Of a DNA stretch of 64,000 bases, positions 9,646 to 18,831 are shown one piece after another (positions within the stretch are counted from its first letter, which is position 1; the number at the start of each line of letters is the position of its first letter). Under the pieces are notes generated by a model, which had not been told where the DNA came from, did no database searches, and saw only the letters and a list, made by a program, of their open reading frames with translations. The translations under genes and the position numbers were made by a program. The stretch is from assembly GCA_050288105.1 (NCBI GenBank), contig JBNKDE010000015.1, positions 27,496 to 91,495 on the forward strand, in the 5' to 3' direction. The stretch is from Gammaproteobacteria bacterium (GTDB lineage Bacteria; Pseudomonadota; Gammaproteobacteria; GCA-001735895).

Positions 9646-11385
9646 TTAGCCTTTGTTCCAGCGTTTAACCAGTTCGTCGTAGTCGATAGTCTCGCCTTTG
9701 GGTTTTTCATTGGCGAGTTTAGCCTTGGGCGACCCCGGCTTATTGAGCCAGTATGAAGGATCTTTAGGCTCATTCAGGCGAGGACCACAACCACCGTACA
9801 CGTTGGCTTTTTCATCAGCAGCCTGCATACGCGACATAACGGTATCCATTTCTCCGGCCAGACGATCCATAGCCTGTTGTGGGGTGAATACACCGGAGTT
9901 AACGTCACCAATTTGCTGCCACCAGATCTGTGCCAGTTTTGGATAGTCGGGCACGTTGATGCCAGTGGGAGACCATAATACGCGGTCAGGAGAGCGGTAG
10001 AATTCAACCAGACCACCCAGCTTGGGCGCACGTTCGGTGAATGATTTATCGTTAACCGTTGAGTTACGAATAAAGGTCAGGCCAACATGGCTTTTCTTTA
10101 CGTCAAGGGTTTTAGAAACCACGAACTGTGCGTATAACCAGGCTGCTTTACGGCGATCAACCGGTGTGGACTTGAACAGTGTCCAGGATCCAGCATCCTG
10201 ATAACCCAGTTTCTGGCCTTCTTCCCAGTAAGGTCCGTGTGGAGATGGGGCCATACGCCACAGTGGTTTACCCGCATCATCAACGGTATTGTTACCTTCA
10301 GACTTGGGTGCAACCATGGATGCGGTAAATGCGGTATACCAGAAGATCTGCTGTGCAACATTACCCTGAGACAATGCAGGCAGTGACTGGTAGAAGTCAT
10401 AGCTGGCGGCACCTGGAGGTGCGTACTTGCGTAACCATTGATCCCATTTATCGATTGCATAAACTGCTGCAGGGCCGTTTGCTGCACCACCGCGGGATAC
10501 GGATGCACCTACCGGATTACAGCTGCCTGCTTCCATACGAATGCCCCATTCATCGACTGGGATACCGTTAGGTAGGCCCTTGGAGCCTGCACCCGCCATA
10601 GATAACCAGGCATCGGTCATACGCCAGCCCAGGTCGGGGGCGCGCTTACCGTAGTCCATATGGCCATACACGCGAGTACCGTCGATTTCCTTCACATCGT
10701 TGGTGAAAAATTCAGCGATATCCTCGTAGGCAGACCAGTTCACTGGAACGCCCAGATCATAACCATATTTGGCCTTGAATTTTTTCTTCAGGTCGGGGCG
10801 GTCGAACCAGTCCTTACGGAACCAGTACAGGTTAGCGAATTGCTGGTCGGGTAGCTGGTACAGCTTGCCATCGGGGCCAGTGGTGAAAGACTTGCCGATG
10901 AAGTCATCAATATCCAGATTGGGGTTGGTGACATCCTTACCTTCGCCAGCCATCCAGTCGCTCAGGTTGACTGCCAGTTGCAGGCGCGAATGGGTACCAA
11001 TCAAATCAGAGTCATTGATATAGGCATCGTACAGATTACGTTTGGTTTGCATCTGGGTTTGTACGGCCTGCACCACTTCACCTTCACCGAGTAACTGGTG
11101 GTTGACCTTGATGCCGGTAATTTCTTCGAAGGCCCTGGTGAGTGTTTTAGATTCGTACTCATGGGTGGGTATGGTTTCGGACAGCACATTGATTTCCATA
11201 CCTTTGAAAGGTTTGGCGGCGTTGATAAACCACTCCATCTCTTTCATTTGCTCTGCTTTGGACAAAGAAGACGGTTGAAACTCGGAATCAATCCACTGTT
11301 TTGCTTTAGCCATATCGGCAGAAACAGCCGATTGAAAAGCCAGTAATGCGATGCCCACTGTAATGGGTAATCGTTGCATCATCAC
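9646..11385 (-). CDS. glpV: Glycerol ABC transporter substrate-binding protein
   Basis: Signal peptide; WID.EFQPS.LS, QLPDQQFANLYWFR, YGHMDYGK, TGINVPDYPKLAQ motifs; GGAGGA RBS at 11391-11396. Confidence 0.92.
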   Translation of the reverse strand: MMMQRLPITVGIALLAFQSAVSADMAKAKQWIDSEFQPSSLSKAEQMKEMEWFINAAKPFKGMEINVLSETIPTHEYESKTLTRAFEEITGIKVNHQLLGEGEVVQAVQTQMQTKRNLYDAYINDSDLIGTHSRLQLAVNLSDWMAGEGKDVTNPNLDIDDFIGKSFTTGPDGKLYQLPDQQFANLYWFRKDWFDRPDLKKKFKAKYGYDLGVPVNWSAYEDIAEFFTNDVKEIDGTRVYGHMDYGKRAPDLGWRMTDAWLSMAGAGSKGLPNGIPVDEWGIRMEAGSCNPVGASVSRGGAANGPAAVYAIDKWDQWLRKYAPPGAASYDFYQSLPALSQGNVAQQIFWYTAFTASMVAPKSEGNNTVDDAGKPLWRMAPSPHGPYWEEGQKLGYQDAGSWTLFKSTPVDRRKAAWLYAQFVVSKTLDVKKSHVGLTFIRNSTVNDKSFTERAPKLGGLVEFYRSPDRVLWSPTGINVPDYPKLAQIWWQQIGDVNSGVFTPQQAMDRLAGEMDTVMSRMQAADEKANVYGGCGPRLNEPKDPSYWLNKPGSPKAKLANEKPKGETIDYDELVKRWNKG

Positions 11386-11440
11386 GTTATTCCTCCTACG
11401 TTTAATATTGTTTTGGTGGGAGTCAGATATTACTCAATAT

Positions 11441-11596
11441 TTGTTCGTTAGCAAGAAAATAATTATTCAAACGAAAATGAAAACTGGAAATAAAGAAAAT
11501 TAATAGCAAATAACGGGTGTAAAATACAGGAAATAGCGTAATATTTTAGAGTATATGTTCGTTTTCCTTTCTATTGGTTGGGTTTTATGTTCGTTT
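11441..11596. promoter_or_regulatory. Repeated TGTTCGTT motifs, candidate GlpR operators
   Basis: TTGTTCGTTA (11441), TATGTTCGTTTT (11554), TATGTTCGTTT (11586), plus inverted AAACGAAAA (~11469); resemble the E. coli GlpR half-site WATGTTCGWT. Confidence 0.6.
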
Positions 11597-11664
11597 CGCA
11601 GGGTTTATTCTCAGCTTTTACTGGATGTGAGGTTGTCAGCTATGGCTGAGTCAGGAAAAATCAA

Positions 11665-12948
11665 ATGATTGATTTCAAAACCAGAGCCAGGGAGTTACTA
11701 CCCAAAGGGGCAAATTATGACGCCTGCCTGGCCTGTGGTCTGTGCTCGTCAGGCTGCCCGGCTTCGGGTTTTGACGGTATGGATCCACGCCGCTTTATCC
11801 GTATGGCGATGCTGGATATGAATGAAGAACTCGCAAGCACGCCGTGGGTGTGGACCTGTACCCAGTGCCAGCGCTGTGCTCATGTGTGTCCGATGAATAT
11901 CGATGTTTCGGTACTGGTGGGACTGGCGCGCTCAGCCTGGCCGGATGATAAAAAACCCAAGGGGATTATGCGTTCCTGCGAAGCACAGATGCGCTTTGAG
12001 GGTACCAGTGCAATGGGGCTGCAAACCGAGGATTTCATCGAGATCGTTGAAGAAACCGTCGAAGAGATACAGCAGCAGTCGCCGAGATTTAAGCAGCTAA
12101 AAGCACCCATCGACAAAAAAGGTGCCTACTTCTTCGTTAACCAGAACTCACGCGAGCCCGCCGCTGAACCGGAAGAGCTGGGGCCATTGTGGAAGATCTT
12201 TGATTATGTCGGCGCCGACTGGACCTATGCTTCAAAGGGTTGGGCGGCGGAAAACTTCTGCATGTTTACCGGCGATGATGAAAAGTGGAAATCTATGGTC
12301 AAGCAACGTGTGGATGCGATCAATGAACTGGGCTGCAAGGTATGGATCAATACCGAGTGCGGGCATTCTTTCTATACCTTGTGGAAAGGAGTGGAGCGCT
12401 TCCATTTAGAGGCTGATTTTGAACCGGAAAGCCTGGTCACGTTTTATGCGCAGTGGATACGCGAGGGTAAATTGCCGGTCAATTCGGACTGGAATACCAA
12501 AGGTATCAAGTTCACTCTGCAGGACCCCTGTCAGCTGATTCGCAAATCGATAGGTGACCCTGCTGCGGATGACCTGCGTTATGTGGCCAAAAAACTGGTG
12601 GGGGAAGAAAACTTTATCGACATGCAGCCCTGCCGCAGTGCGAATTACTGTTGTGGCGGCGGCGGTGGTTTTCTTCAGGCAGGCATGAATGAGCAGCGTC
12701 GCGCCTATGGCAAGCGAAAATTCGATCAGATTAAAACCACTGCGGCACAGTATGTATTGACCCCTTGCCACAACTGTCATTCACAGATTGAAGATCTGGG
12801 GCAGCACTATGGTGGCGCGTATCATGTGATTCACCTATGGACACTGATCTGCCTGTCGCTGGGTATACTCGGGGAGAATGAACGCAAATACCTGGGGCCT
12901 GAACTGGCGGATATCAATTTGCCCGAAAAAACAACGGAGCTGGATTAA
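11665..12948 (+). CDS. Fe-S/CCG-domain oxidoreductase (HdrD/DsrK/HmcF-like), probable functional GlpC subunit
   Basis: Two ferredoxin motifs CLACGLCSSGCP and CTQCQRCAHVCP; NTECGH, QDPCQ, CCGGGGG, PCHNC; stop 2 bp before glpA. Confidence 0.8.
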   Translation: MIDFKTRARELLPKGANYDACLACGLCSSGCPASGFDGMDPRRFIRMAMLDMNEELASTPWVWTCTQCQRCAHVCPMNIDVSVLVGLARSAWPDDKKPKGIMRSCEAQMRFEGTSAMGLQTEDFIEIVEETVEEIQQQSPRFKQLKAPIDKKGAYFFVNQNSREPAAEPEELGPLWKIFDYVGADWTYASKGWAAENFCMFTGDDEKWKSMVKQRVDAINELGCKVWINTECGHSFYTLWKGVERFHLEADFEPESLVTFYAQWIREGKLPVNSDWNTKGIKFTLQDPCQLIRKSIGDPAADDLRYVAKKLVGEENFIDMQPCRSANYCCGGGGGFLQAGMNEQRRAYGKRKFDQIKTTAAQYVLTPCHNCHSQIEDLGQHYGGAYHVIHLWTLICLSLGILGENERKYLGPELADINLPEKTTELD

Positions 12949-12950
12949 TA

Positions 12951-14549
12951 ATGCGACAACTGCAAACCGAAGTACTGATTATCGGTGGGGGCGTGAGCGG
13001 TGCCGGGGTTATGCGTGATCTCGCTTTACGCGGGATCAGCTGTTTACTGATCGATCAAAAAGACCTGAATGCGGGTGCATCGGGAGGCAATCATGGCCTG
13101 TTGCACAGTGGCGGACGCTATGCCTCCAGCGATACCGAAACCGCGGCGGAATGTCGTGTCGAGGGCGAGATACTGAAAAAAATCGCCGCCAGCGCGATTG
13201 ATCCCTGTGGTGGGTTATTTGTCGCGGTGGAAGGTGATGATCCTGATTTTGCGCAGGCCTTTCCCGAGCACTGTGCCAAAGCTGGCATTGCATGCGAACA
13301 GATCAGTGCACAACAGGCAAAGCAGCTGGAGCCTGAGCTGTCCGATAAAATTATTGCTGCCTATCGGGTGCCTGATGCTAGCGTTGATCCCTTCAGGATT
13401 ACACTGGCGAATGTACAGCACGCACGGCAGCTGGGTGATAATGATTTCCTGCCACATATGCAGTTAATTCGTTTTCAGAAACAGGCGGATCTGATCAGTG
13501 CCGCTATCTGTAGGGATCAAAGAACAGGGGAAGAGGTTTGCATTAGTGCACAGCAATATATCAATGCCTGTGGCGCCTGGTCAAAAATGGTGGCAGAGCT
13601 GGCAGGTTGCCATGATGTCTCGCTGTTGTATTCGAAGGGTTCACTGATTATCAGTAATGTGCGCCTGAGTCATGGTGTAATCAATCACCTGAGGCCGCCG
13701 GCAGATGGCGATATCCTGGTGCCGGGTGGTACGGTTTCGCTACTTGGCACCACATCGGTAAATCTACAATCCCTGGATGAGATCAGGCCTACGGTAGACG
13801 AGGTAGACCGCATCCTGCAACAGGGTATGACACTGGTGCCTGCGCTGGAACGGACTCGATTTATCCGTGCCTTTTCAGGCGTCAGGCCACTGATGATGTC
13901 TTCCCGTGCCGAGCAGGATGGACGCAAAGCCAGCCGCGGCTTTACTCTGTTTGATCATCAACAGCAAGGGGTATCCAACTTCGCCACAATTGCCGGTGGT
14001 AAGCTTACCACCTTCCGCCTGATGGCAGAAAAAACAGCGGATCTGGTTGCCAGCCGTCTGGGTAATACGGTTCCCTGTAGCACGGCGACCGAGGTGTTAC
14101 CCGAGGATGAAAGAGTGCGCTGGACCGAGCCCGGTTATGCTGCTCGCCACTGGTACCAGCAGCATGATAATAGTGATTTAATCCTCTGTGAATGTGAAAT
14201 GGTGTCAAAGTCAGTGGTTGATGATGTGATTGAGCAGTCGCCGGGCAGGGAGTCAGCGATGACGCTGAAGGCTATCGGTTTACGTAGCAGAATAGGTAAG
14301 GGGACCTGTCAGGGTGCATTCTGCAGTATGCGGGTGAGCTCCTATCTGTACGACAGAGGCGTGTATCAGAACCAGGATGGTCTCAACTCGATGCGGGATT
14401 TCGTCAGTGAACGCTTCAAGGGCATACGGCCGGTGCTCTGGGGTGAGCAGATGCCGCAGATCGAGCTGGCTGAGACCATGCACTGTGGCCTGATGGGGCT
14501 GGATATGCTGCCGGCCCCCGGCAAGGTAAACAGTATGGATGAGACATGA
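12951..14549 (+). CDS. glpA: Anaerobic glycerol-3-phosphate dehydrogenase subunit A
   Basis: GGGVSG, ASGGNHGLLHSGGRYA, ADGDILVPG, GGKLTTFRLMAE; C-terminal BFD-like CECE...GTCQGAFC; ERFKGIRPVLWG. Confidence 0.93.
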   Translation: MRQLQTEVLIIGGGVSGAGVMRDLALRGISCLLIDQKDLNAGASGGNHGLLHSGGRYASSDTETAAECRVEGEILKKIAASAIDPCGGLFVAVEGDDPDFAQAFPEHCAKAGIACEQISAQQAKQLEPELSDKIIAAYRVPDASVDPFRITLANVQHARQLGDNDFLPHMQLIRFQKQADLISAAICRDQRTGEEVCISAQQYINACGAWSKMVAELAGCHDVSLLYSKGSLIISNVRLSHGVINHLRPPADGDILVPGGTVSLLGTTSVNLQSLDEIRPTVDEVDRILQQGMTLVPALERTRFIRAFSGVRPLMMSSRAEQDGRKASRGFTLFDHQQQGVSNFATIAGGKLTTFRLMAEKTADLVASRLGNTVPCSTATEVLPEDERVRWTEPGYAARHWYQQHDNSDLILCECEMVSKSVVDDVIEQSPGRESAMTLKAIGLRSRIGKGTCQGAFCSMRVSSYLYDRGVYQNQDGLNSMRDFVSERFKGIRPVLWGEQMPQIELAETMHCGLMGLDMLPAPGKVNSMDET

Positions 14550-15820
14550 TAAAAAAAACGCGTCATTACCAAACCCGGCTGGCTGTAATTGGTGCCGGAG
14601 TTGCAGGTTGCGCAGCGACGATATTTGCGCTCAATCGGGGTATTAACAGCATACAGATCGGGAATACGGGCGCGCTGGCTTATACCTCGGGGTATCTTGA
14701 TTTGCTCGGCGTCAATGCTGCGGAATATATCAGCGACCCCTGGCAGGCGCTTAATCAGTTGCGCAGTGAGCAGCCGGATCATCCTTATTGCAGGGTAGAC
14801 AATGCTGAAATTAGCGCGGCTTTCGATGAGTTTATCGACGCGCTACGGCAAATGGGCCTGAACTATACCGCAGCGCAAAACAGCAATTTAATGGCTTTGC
14901 TACCTGCGGGCAGTTGTAAGCCGACGTTCAGTATCCCTGAAACCATGCAGCAGTCGTTAAACGCAATAAATGACCGCGCCAGAGTGTTAATTATCGACTT
15001 CGCAGGACTGCAGGGCTTTAGTGGGCCAGAAATTGTTGCCAACCTGAGTACACAGTGGCCTGGTTTGCGTTCACAACATGTCAGCTTTCCCGATATGGAG
15101 TCCGGGGCGCAGGTCTATGCTGAGGTGATGGCGCGTGCGCTGGAGGTACCCGAGACCCGGGTGGCACTGGCTGAGCGCATTAAACCCCTGCTTGGAGATG
15201 CAGAGTACCTTGCGCTACCTGCAATACTGGGTATTCATCATCCTGACCTGGTGCATCAGGATATGCAGCGCCTGATCGGGTTACCGGTATTCGAGATTCC
15301 CTGCATACCGCCTGCGGTACCGGGTATCAGGCTGCGCGAACTGACGGAACAGCAACTGTCTGCTAAAGGTGCCACTGTGATTAGCCAGAAAAAAGTAGAG
15401 TCGGTAGTTTTTAAAGAGCAATGCATACAGCTTGCTTATGAAGATCATTTTGGACCAGTAGTCATAGAAGCGGAAAATGTGCTGCTGGCCAGTGGTCGCT
15501 TTTTATCCGGCGGGCTGGAGGCTGATCAGTTTCAGGTGTATGAGCCACTAATGCAACTGCCGGTTCAGCAACCCGATTCGCGTGAAGACTGGTTTAGAGA
15601 AGACTATTTTGACCTTCGGGGGCATGCAGTGAATCGGGCAGGGTTGTTAGTGAATGATCGCATGCAGGTGGTTGACGCGCAGCAACAGCTGGTTGACCGA
15701 CGCCTGTTTGCTGCAGGTATCGTGTTAGCGAATCAGGACTGGGTGCGCCAGCGTTGTGGCGCCGGAGTGGCGATTGCTACCGCTTATAAGGCCGTCAACT
15801 CCATCCACCAGGCAGTGTAA
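14546..15820 (+). CDS. glpB: Anaerobic glycerol-3-phosphate dehydrogenase subunit B
   Basis: IGAGVAG, TSGYLDLLG, PAILG, EIP..PPAVPGIRL, LASGRFLSGGL, GAGVAIATAY; ATGA overlap with glpA. Confidence 0.92.
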   Translation: MIKKTRHYQTRLAVIGAGVAGCAATIFALNRGINSIQIGNTGALAYTSGYLDLLGVNAAEYISDPWQALNQLRSEQPDHPYCRVDNAEISAAFDEFIDALRQMGLNYTAAQNSNLMALLPAGSCKPTFSIPETMQQSLNAINDRARVLIIDFAGLQGFSGPEIVANLSTQWPGLRSQHVSFPDMESGAQVYAEVMARALEVPETRVALAERIKPLLGDAEYLALPAILGIHHPDLVHQDMQRLIGLPVFEIPCIPPAVPGIRLRELTEQQLSAKGATVISQKKVESVVFKEQCIQLAYEDHFGPVVIEAENVLLASGRFLSGGLEADQFQVYEPLMQLPVQQPDSREDWFREDYFDLRGHAVNRAGLLVNDRMQVVDAQQQLVDRRLFAAGIVLANQDWVRQRCGAGVAIATAYKAVNSIHQAV

Positions 15821-15839
15821 GGTTTTTTACAGCTGCACT

Positions 15840-16125
15840 TATTAACCCGGCACCAATATAGGTAATGTTCAGCCACAGCACACTGGTACACGGCAAGGCA
15901 ACAGCAGGCCGCTGTAGTCATTCTCCAGCAACTGCTGTTAACGTAGTCCGTGGGCCAGTGTGCTGCGGCCTATCTTTTATATTTCCAGTAAGTTAGGAGT
16001 CTCAAGAAAACTCCAGCTCCGCGTTACAGCTCTTGCCAAGGGAATAACCATTACCTGCGAGCTGTGCCTAGATCTGAAGCTTTCTTGAGACTCTGAACAA
16101 TACCTATATTGGTGCCGGGTTAATA
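15840..16125. mobile_element. 286-bp MITE-like / ERIC-like non-autonomous element
   Basis: 33-bp terminal inverted repeats (15840-15872 vs 16093-16125, one mismatch): TATTAACCCGGCACCAATATAGGTA(A/T)TGTTCAG; TA at both termini; two internal long hairpins; no ORF. Confidence 0.8.
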
Positions 16126-18498
16126 TTATTCAATCGTATAGCCTTCTTCCCGGAACAGGTGGATACAGGCATCAACAACCTTGCTATCGAACAGGTTGCC
16201 GCGTCCGTTTTCTATCTCCTGTAGCGCGATATCTATACCCAGCGCCGGGCGGTAGGGCCTGAAGCTGGCTATTGCCTCGACCACGTCCGCCACTGCCAGG
16301 ATGCGCGATTCCAGCAGGATTTCATCGCCAAAGATTCCAAGCGGGTAACCCGAGCCGTTCAAGCGCTCATGATGTTGCATGACGATCTTGGCAATGGGCC
16401 AGGGGAAGTCTATCGACTTCAGTATGTCGTAGCTGGCTTCGACATGGGTTTTTACCATTTCCATTTCGATACTGGACAGCTTGCCCGGACGCGTGAGTAC
16501 CTCTGAAGGTACCCGTATCTTACCGATGTCATGGACTACCGAAGCCAGATAAAGTCCTTTGATTCGGTTGTCGTCCATCCCCAGTTGTTTACCGATGGCC
16601 GTGGATAGCTGTGCTACTCGTTGTTGGTGACCAGCAGTATAGGGGTCTCGAAATTCGACCGTGTTGGCCAGAGCCTGCACTGTTGCTTCCATGGTGGCCT
16701 GGATTTGACGCATCCCTTCTTCACGATGTTGTCGGTTACGCAGTGAGCGTATTCCGTAGGCCAGATCGTTTGCCATATCCGTTAACAGGGTTACTTCGTC
16801 ATCATCGAACGCAGTCTGATCGGCAGAGTAGATGGAGAGTGCACCAAAATTTTCCCCTTCATTCCATAGCGGCTGGATAAGCGCTGAACGAATTCGGCAG
16901 GATTGCAGGCGCTTTTCACAGGGACTGCATAGCGGATCATTGAGTACATCGTGAATGACTATCGGTCTACGTTGGGTGATGGCTGTGCTCACCGCGTGGC
17001 AGTCTGTGGTGCAACTGCAGTCATTCAGATCAGTCGCATCAGGATGAATCGCTAATGCACAATTTTTAATCGTTTTACCGTCATCTTTCAGTTCGCTGAT
17101 ACTGGTAATCACATGCCCACCCACCTGTACTATGACCTGACACATTTGCTGTAATAATTCCTGCTCGCTACCGGCCCGTACCAGAGTTTCGATTCCGGCG
17201 CTTAAGGTTTTCAGTGCACGGTTTACCCTGAGCAGGTGTGTCCTGGTGCTGAGCAAATCCTGTTCGGTCTGTTTGACTTCAGTGACATCTCGACCCACCG
17301 CCAGCAGGCTGATTACCTTACCTTCTTCATCGTGCTCGGGAACAATCAGGTACTGCAAGTTCAGTGTTTTGCCATAGGCATTCTCCCACTGAAAATTTAT
17401 CGATTCGGGGGAGCCTGTGTCCAGCACCTTTTGTAAAGTGTTCAGGTAATCAGTATTGACCGACTGTTTTACTCGGGACAGCTTAGTCGAGTCTTTTCCA
17501 ACAACTTCGGCTGCAGACAGGCCGCTGGACTGTTCCCAGGCGGGGTTGACATAGGTTCGACGTAACTGGGTGTCATAGCGTACGATCAGGTCAGGGCTAT
17601 GTTCCACCACGGTGCGATAGAGCTTTTCCTGTTGCCTTAAATTGGTTTCGACGCGCTTACGATCAGTGATATCAACCATAATGCCGGAAAGACCACGCAA
17701 TTCTCCCGCCTCCCCGATCAGTGATGCTTTATGGAATATCACATCGCGCAGGCTGTCGTCACTCCAGCGTACCTGCGCTTCGTAAACCTGAGTTCCGGGA
17801 TGATCAATGAGCTGCTGGTCAGCTGCATGATACTTGCTGGCCAGTTCGTGTGGCGCAATATCAAATACGGTTTTGCCCATCAGCTGCGCGCGCTGAATAC
17901 CCAGGAATTGTTCGAAAGCATGGTTGCAGGCGATGTAGCGACCCGCCAGATCTTTTGCAAAGAATGGACTGGGGAAGGCTTCCAGCAGAGGTTGTAGCTG
18001 CCTTAAATCATGACTTACTGCAGACTCGCTGACCTGCTCTTTGCTGATTTCCCTAAAAGTCGTTATGACGCTTTGACGAGCAGATGTGCCAGCATTTACC
18101 ACGGGTTTCAGGTTGGCGCTGACCCAGATTAATGATCCATCGGCACGCTTGACGCCCATGATCTGGTTGCTTATCGACTGACCCCGACTTAAAGCGACGA
18201 ACCAGGGTTGTTTTTCTCTGCTAAAAGCTGCACCCGTTGAATTAACAAATGTCCAGGGAAAATTTTTGTCACCCCAGTTTGTATCTGGGTCAGAGTCTCC
18301 AAGAAGTGCTTGCGCAGCAGGGTTAATCGCCAGAATATTGCCGTCAGCACCTTGAATGATGGCGCCTTCGGACATGGTTTCAAGTAAGGCTTGAAAATGA
18401 ATTTCGGTCTCGGAACGCTCGGACAGGCCGGTAAAGCTCCGCATTGGCTGGGCCTTGCTGGTACGAAATACTGGTGGTTTGGCAATGGCTTTTGACAT
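16126..18498 (-). CDS. PAS-PAS-PAS-GAF-HD-GYP cyclic dinucleotide phosphodiesterase
   Basis: RDPYTAGHQQRV, HDIGK, HHERLNGSGYP, ILAVADVVEA, RPYR; three PAS/PAC repeats and a GAF domain. True start may be downstream of 18498. Confidence 0.9.
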   Translation of the reverse strand: MSKAIAKPPVFRTSKAQPMRSFTGLSERSETEIHFQALLETMSEGAIIQGADGNILAINPAAQALLGDSDPDTNWGDKNFPWTFVNSTGAAFSREKQPWFVALSRGQSISNQIMGVKRADGSLIWVSANLKPVVNAGTSARQSVITTFREISKEQVSESAVSHDLRQLQPLLEAFPSPFFAKDLAGRYIACNHAFEQFLGIQRAQLMGKTVFDIAPHELASKYHAADQQLIDHPGTQVYEAQVRWSDDSLRDVIFHKASLIGEAGELRGLSGIMVDITDRKRVETNLRQQEKLYRTVVEHSPDLIVRYDTQLRRTYVNPAWEQSSGLSAAEVVGKDSTKLSRVKQSVNTDYLNTLQKVLDTGSPESINFQWENAYGKTLNLQYLIVPEHDEEGKVISLLAVGRDVTEVKQTEQDLLSTRTHLLRVNRALKTLSAGIETLVRAGSEQELLQQMCQVIVQVGGHVITSISELKDDGKTIKNCALAIHPDATDLNDCSCTTDCHAVSTAITQRRPIVIHDVLNDPLCSPCEKRLQSCRIRSALIQPLWNEGENFGALSIYSADQTAFDDDEVTLLTDMANDLAYGIRSLRNRQHREEGMRQIQATMEATVQALANTVEFRDPYTAGHQQRVAQLSTAIGKQLGMDDNRIKGLYLASVVHDIGKIRVPSEVLTRPGKLSSIEMEMVKTHVEASYDILKSIDFPWPIAKIVMQHHERLNGSGYPLGIFGDEILLESRILAVADVVEAIASFRPYRPALGIDIALQEIENGRGNLFDSKVVDACIHLFREEGYTIE

Positions 18499-18831
18499 TC
18501 GAAAGTTTACTACACAAAGGCTAACAACCGATCAGCAAACGATTAAACAGCACGGTTAGCCGTGCTTTTAGCCTGCTATCAATAATCGCGAATTTGAAGC
18601 CCTTAACCTGAGGGTGTCAGAAAGACTAACAAACCATATCAAAACAGGTTGATATGAATGCGTCGCATCCAGCAAAAGAATGCATTAATCATATGATAAT
18701 TAGGCTTAACGCAACAGCTTTGCTACCAAAAATGACTAGTGATTCTCAATTTACCTGCGAAATCTCAATTTCTATGAACAATATTTTGACTTATTAGACC
18801 GCATAGCGCCTGTTAAAAGGCGTCATGGAGT

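Noticed and set aside
9038-9649. 203-aa plus-strand ORF and the many other short ORFs antisense to or nested in long genes
   Set aside because: They are shadows of well-supported genes (here glpR) with no recognisable motifs or RBS.
11386-11664. FNR site for the anaerobic glp genes
   Set aside because: No TTGAT-N4-ATCAA match found; TTGATTTCAA at the start codon has the wrong spacing.
15840-16125. CRISPR array or integron attC site
   Set aside because: No direct repeat-spacer periodicity, no cas or intI genes, and the structure is nested inverted repeats.
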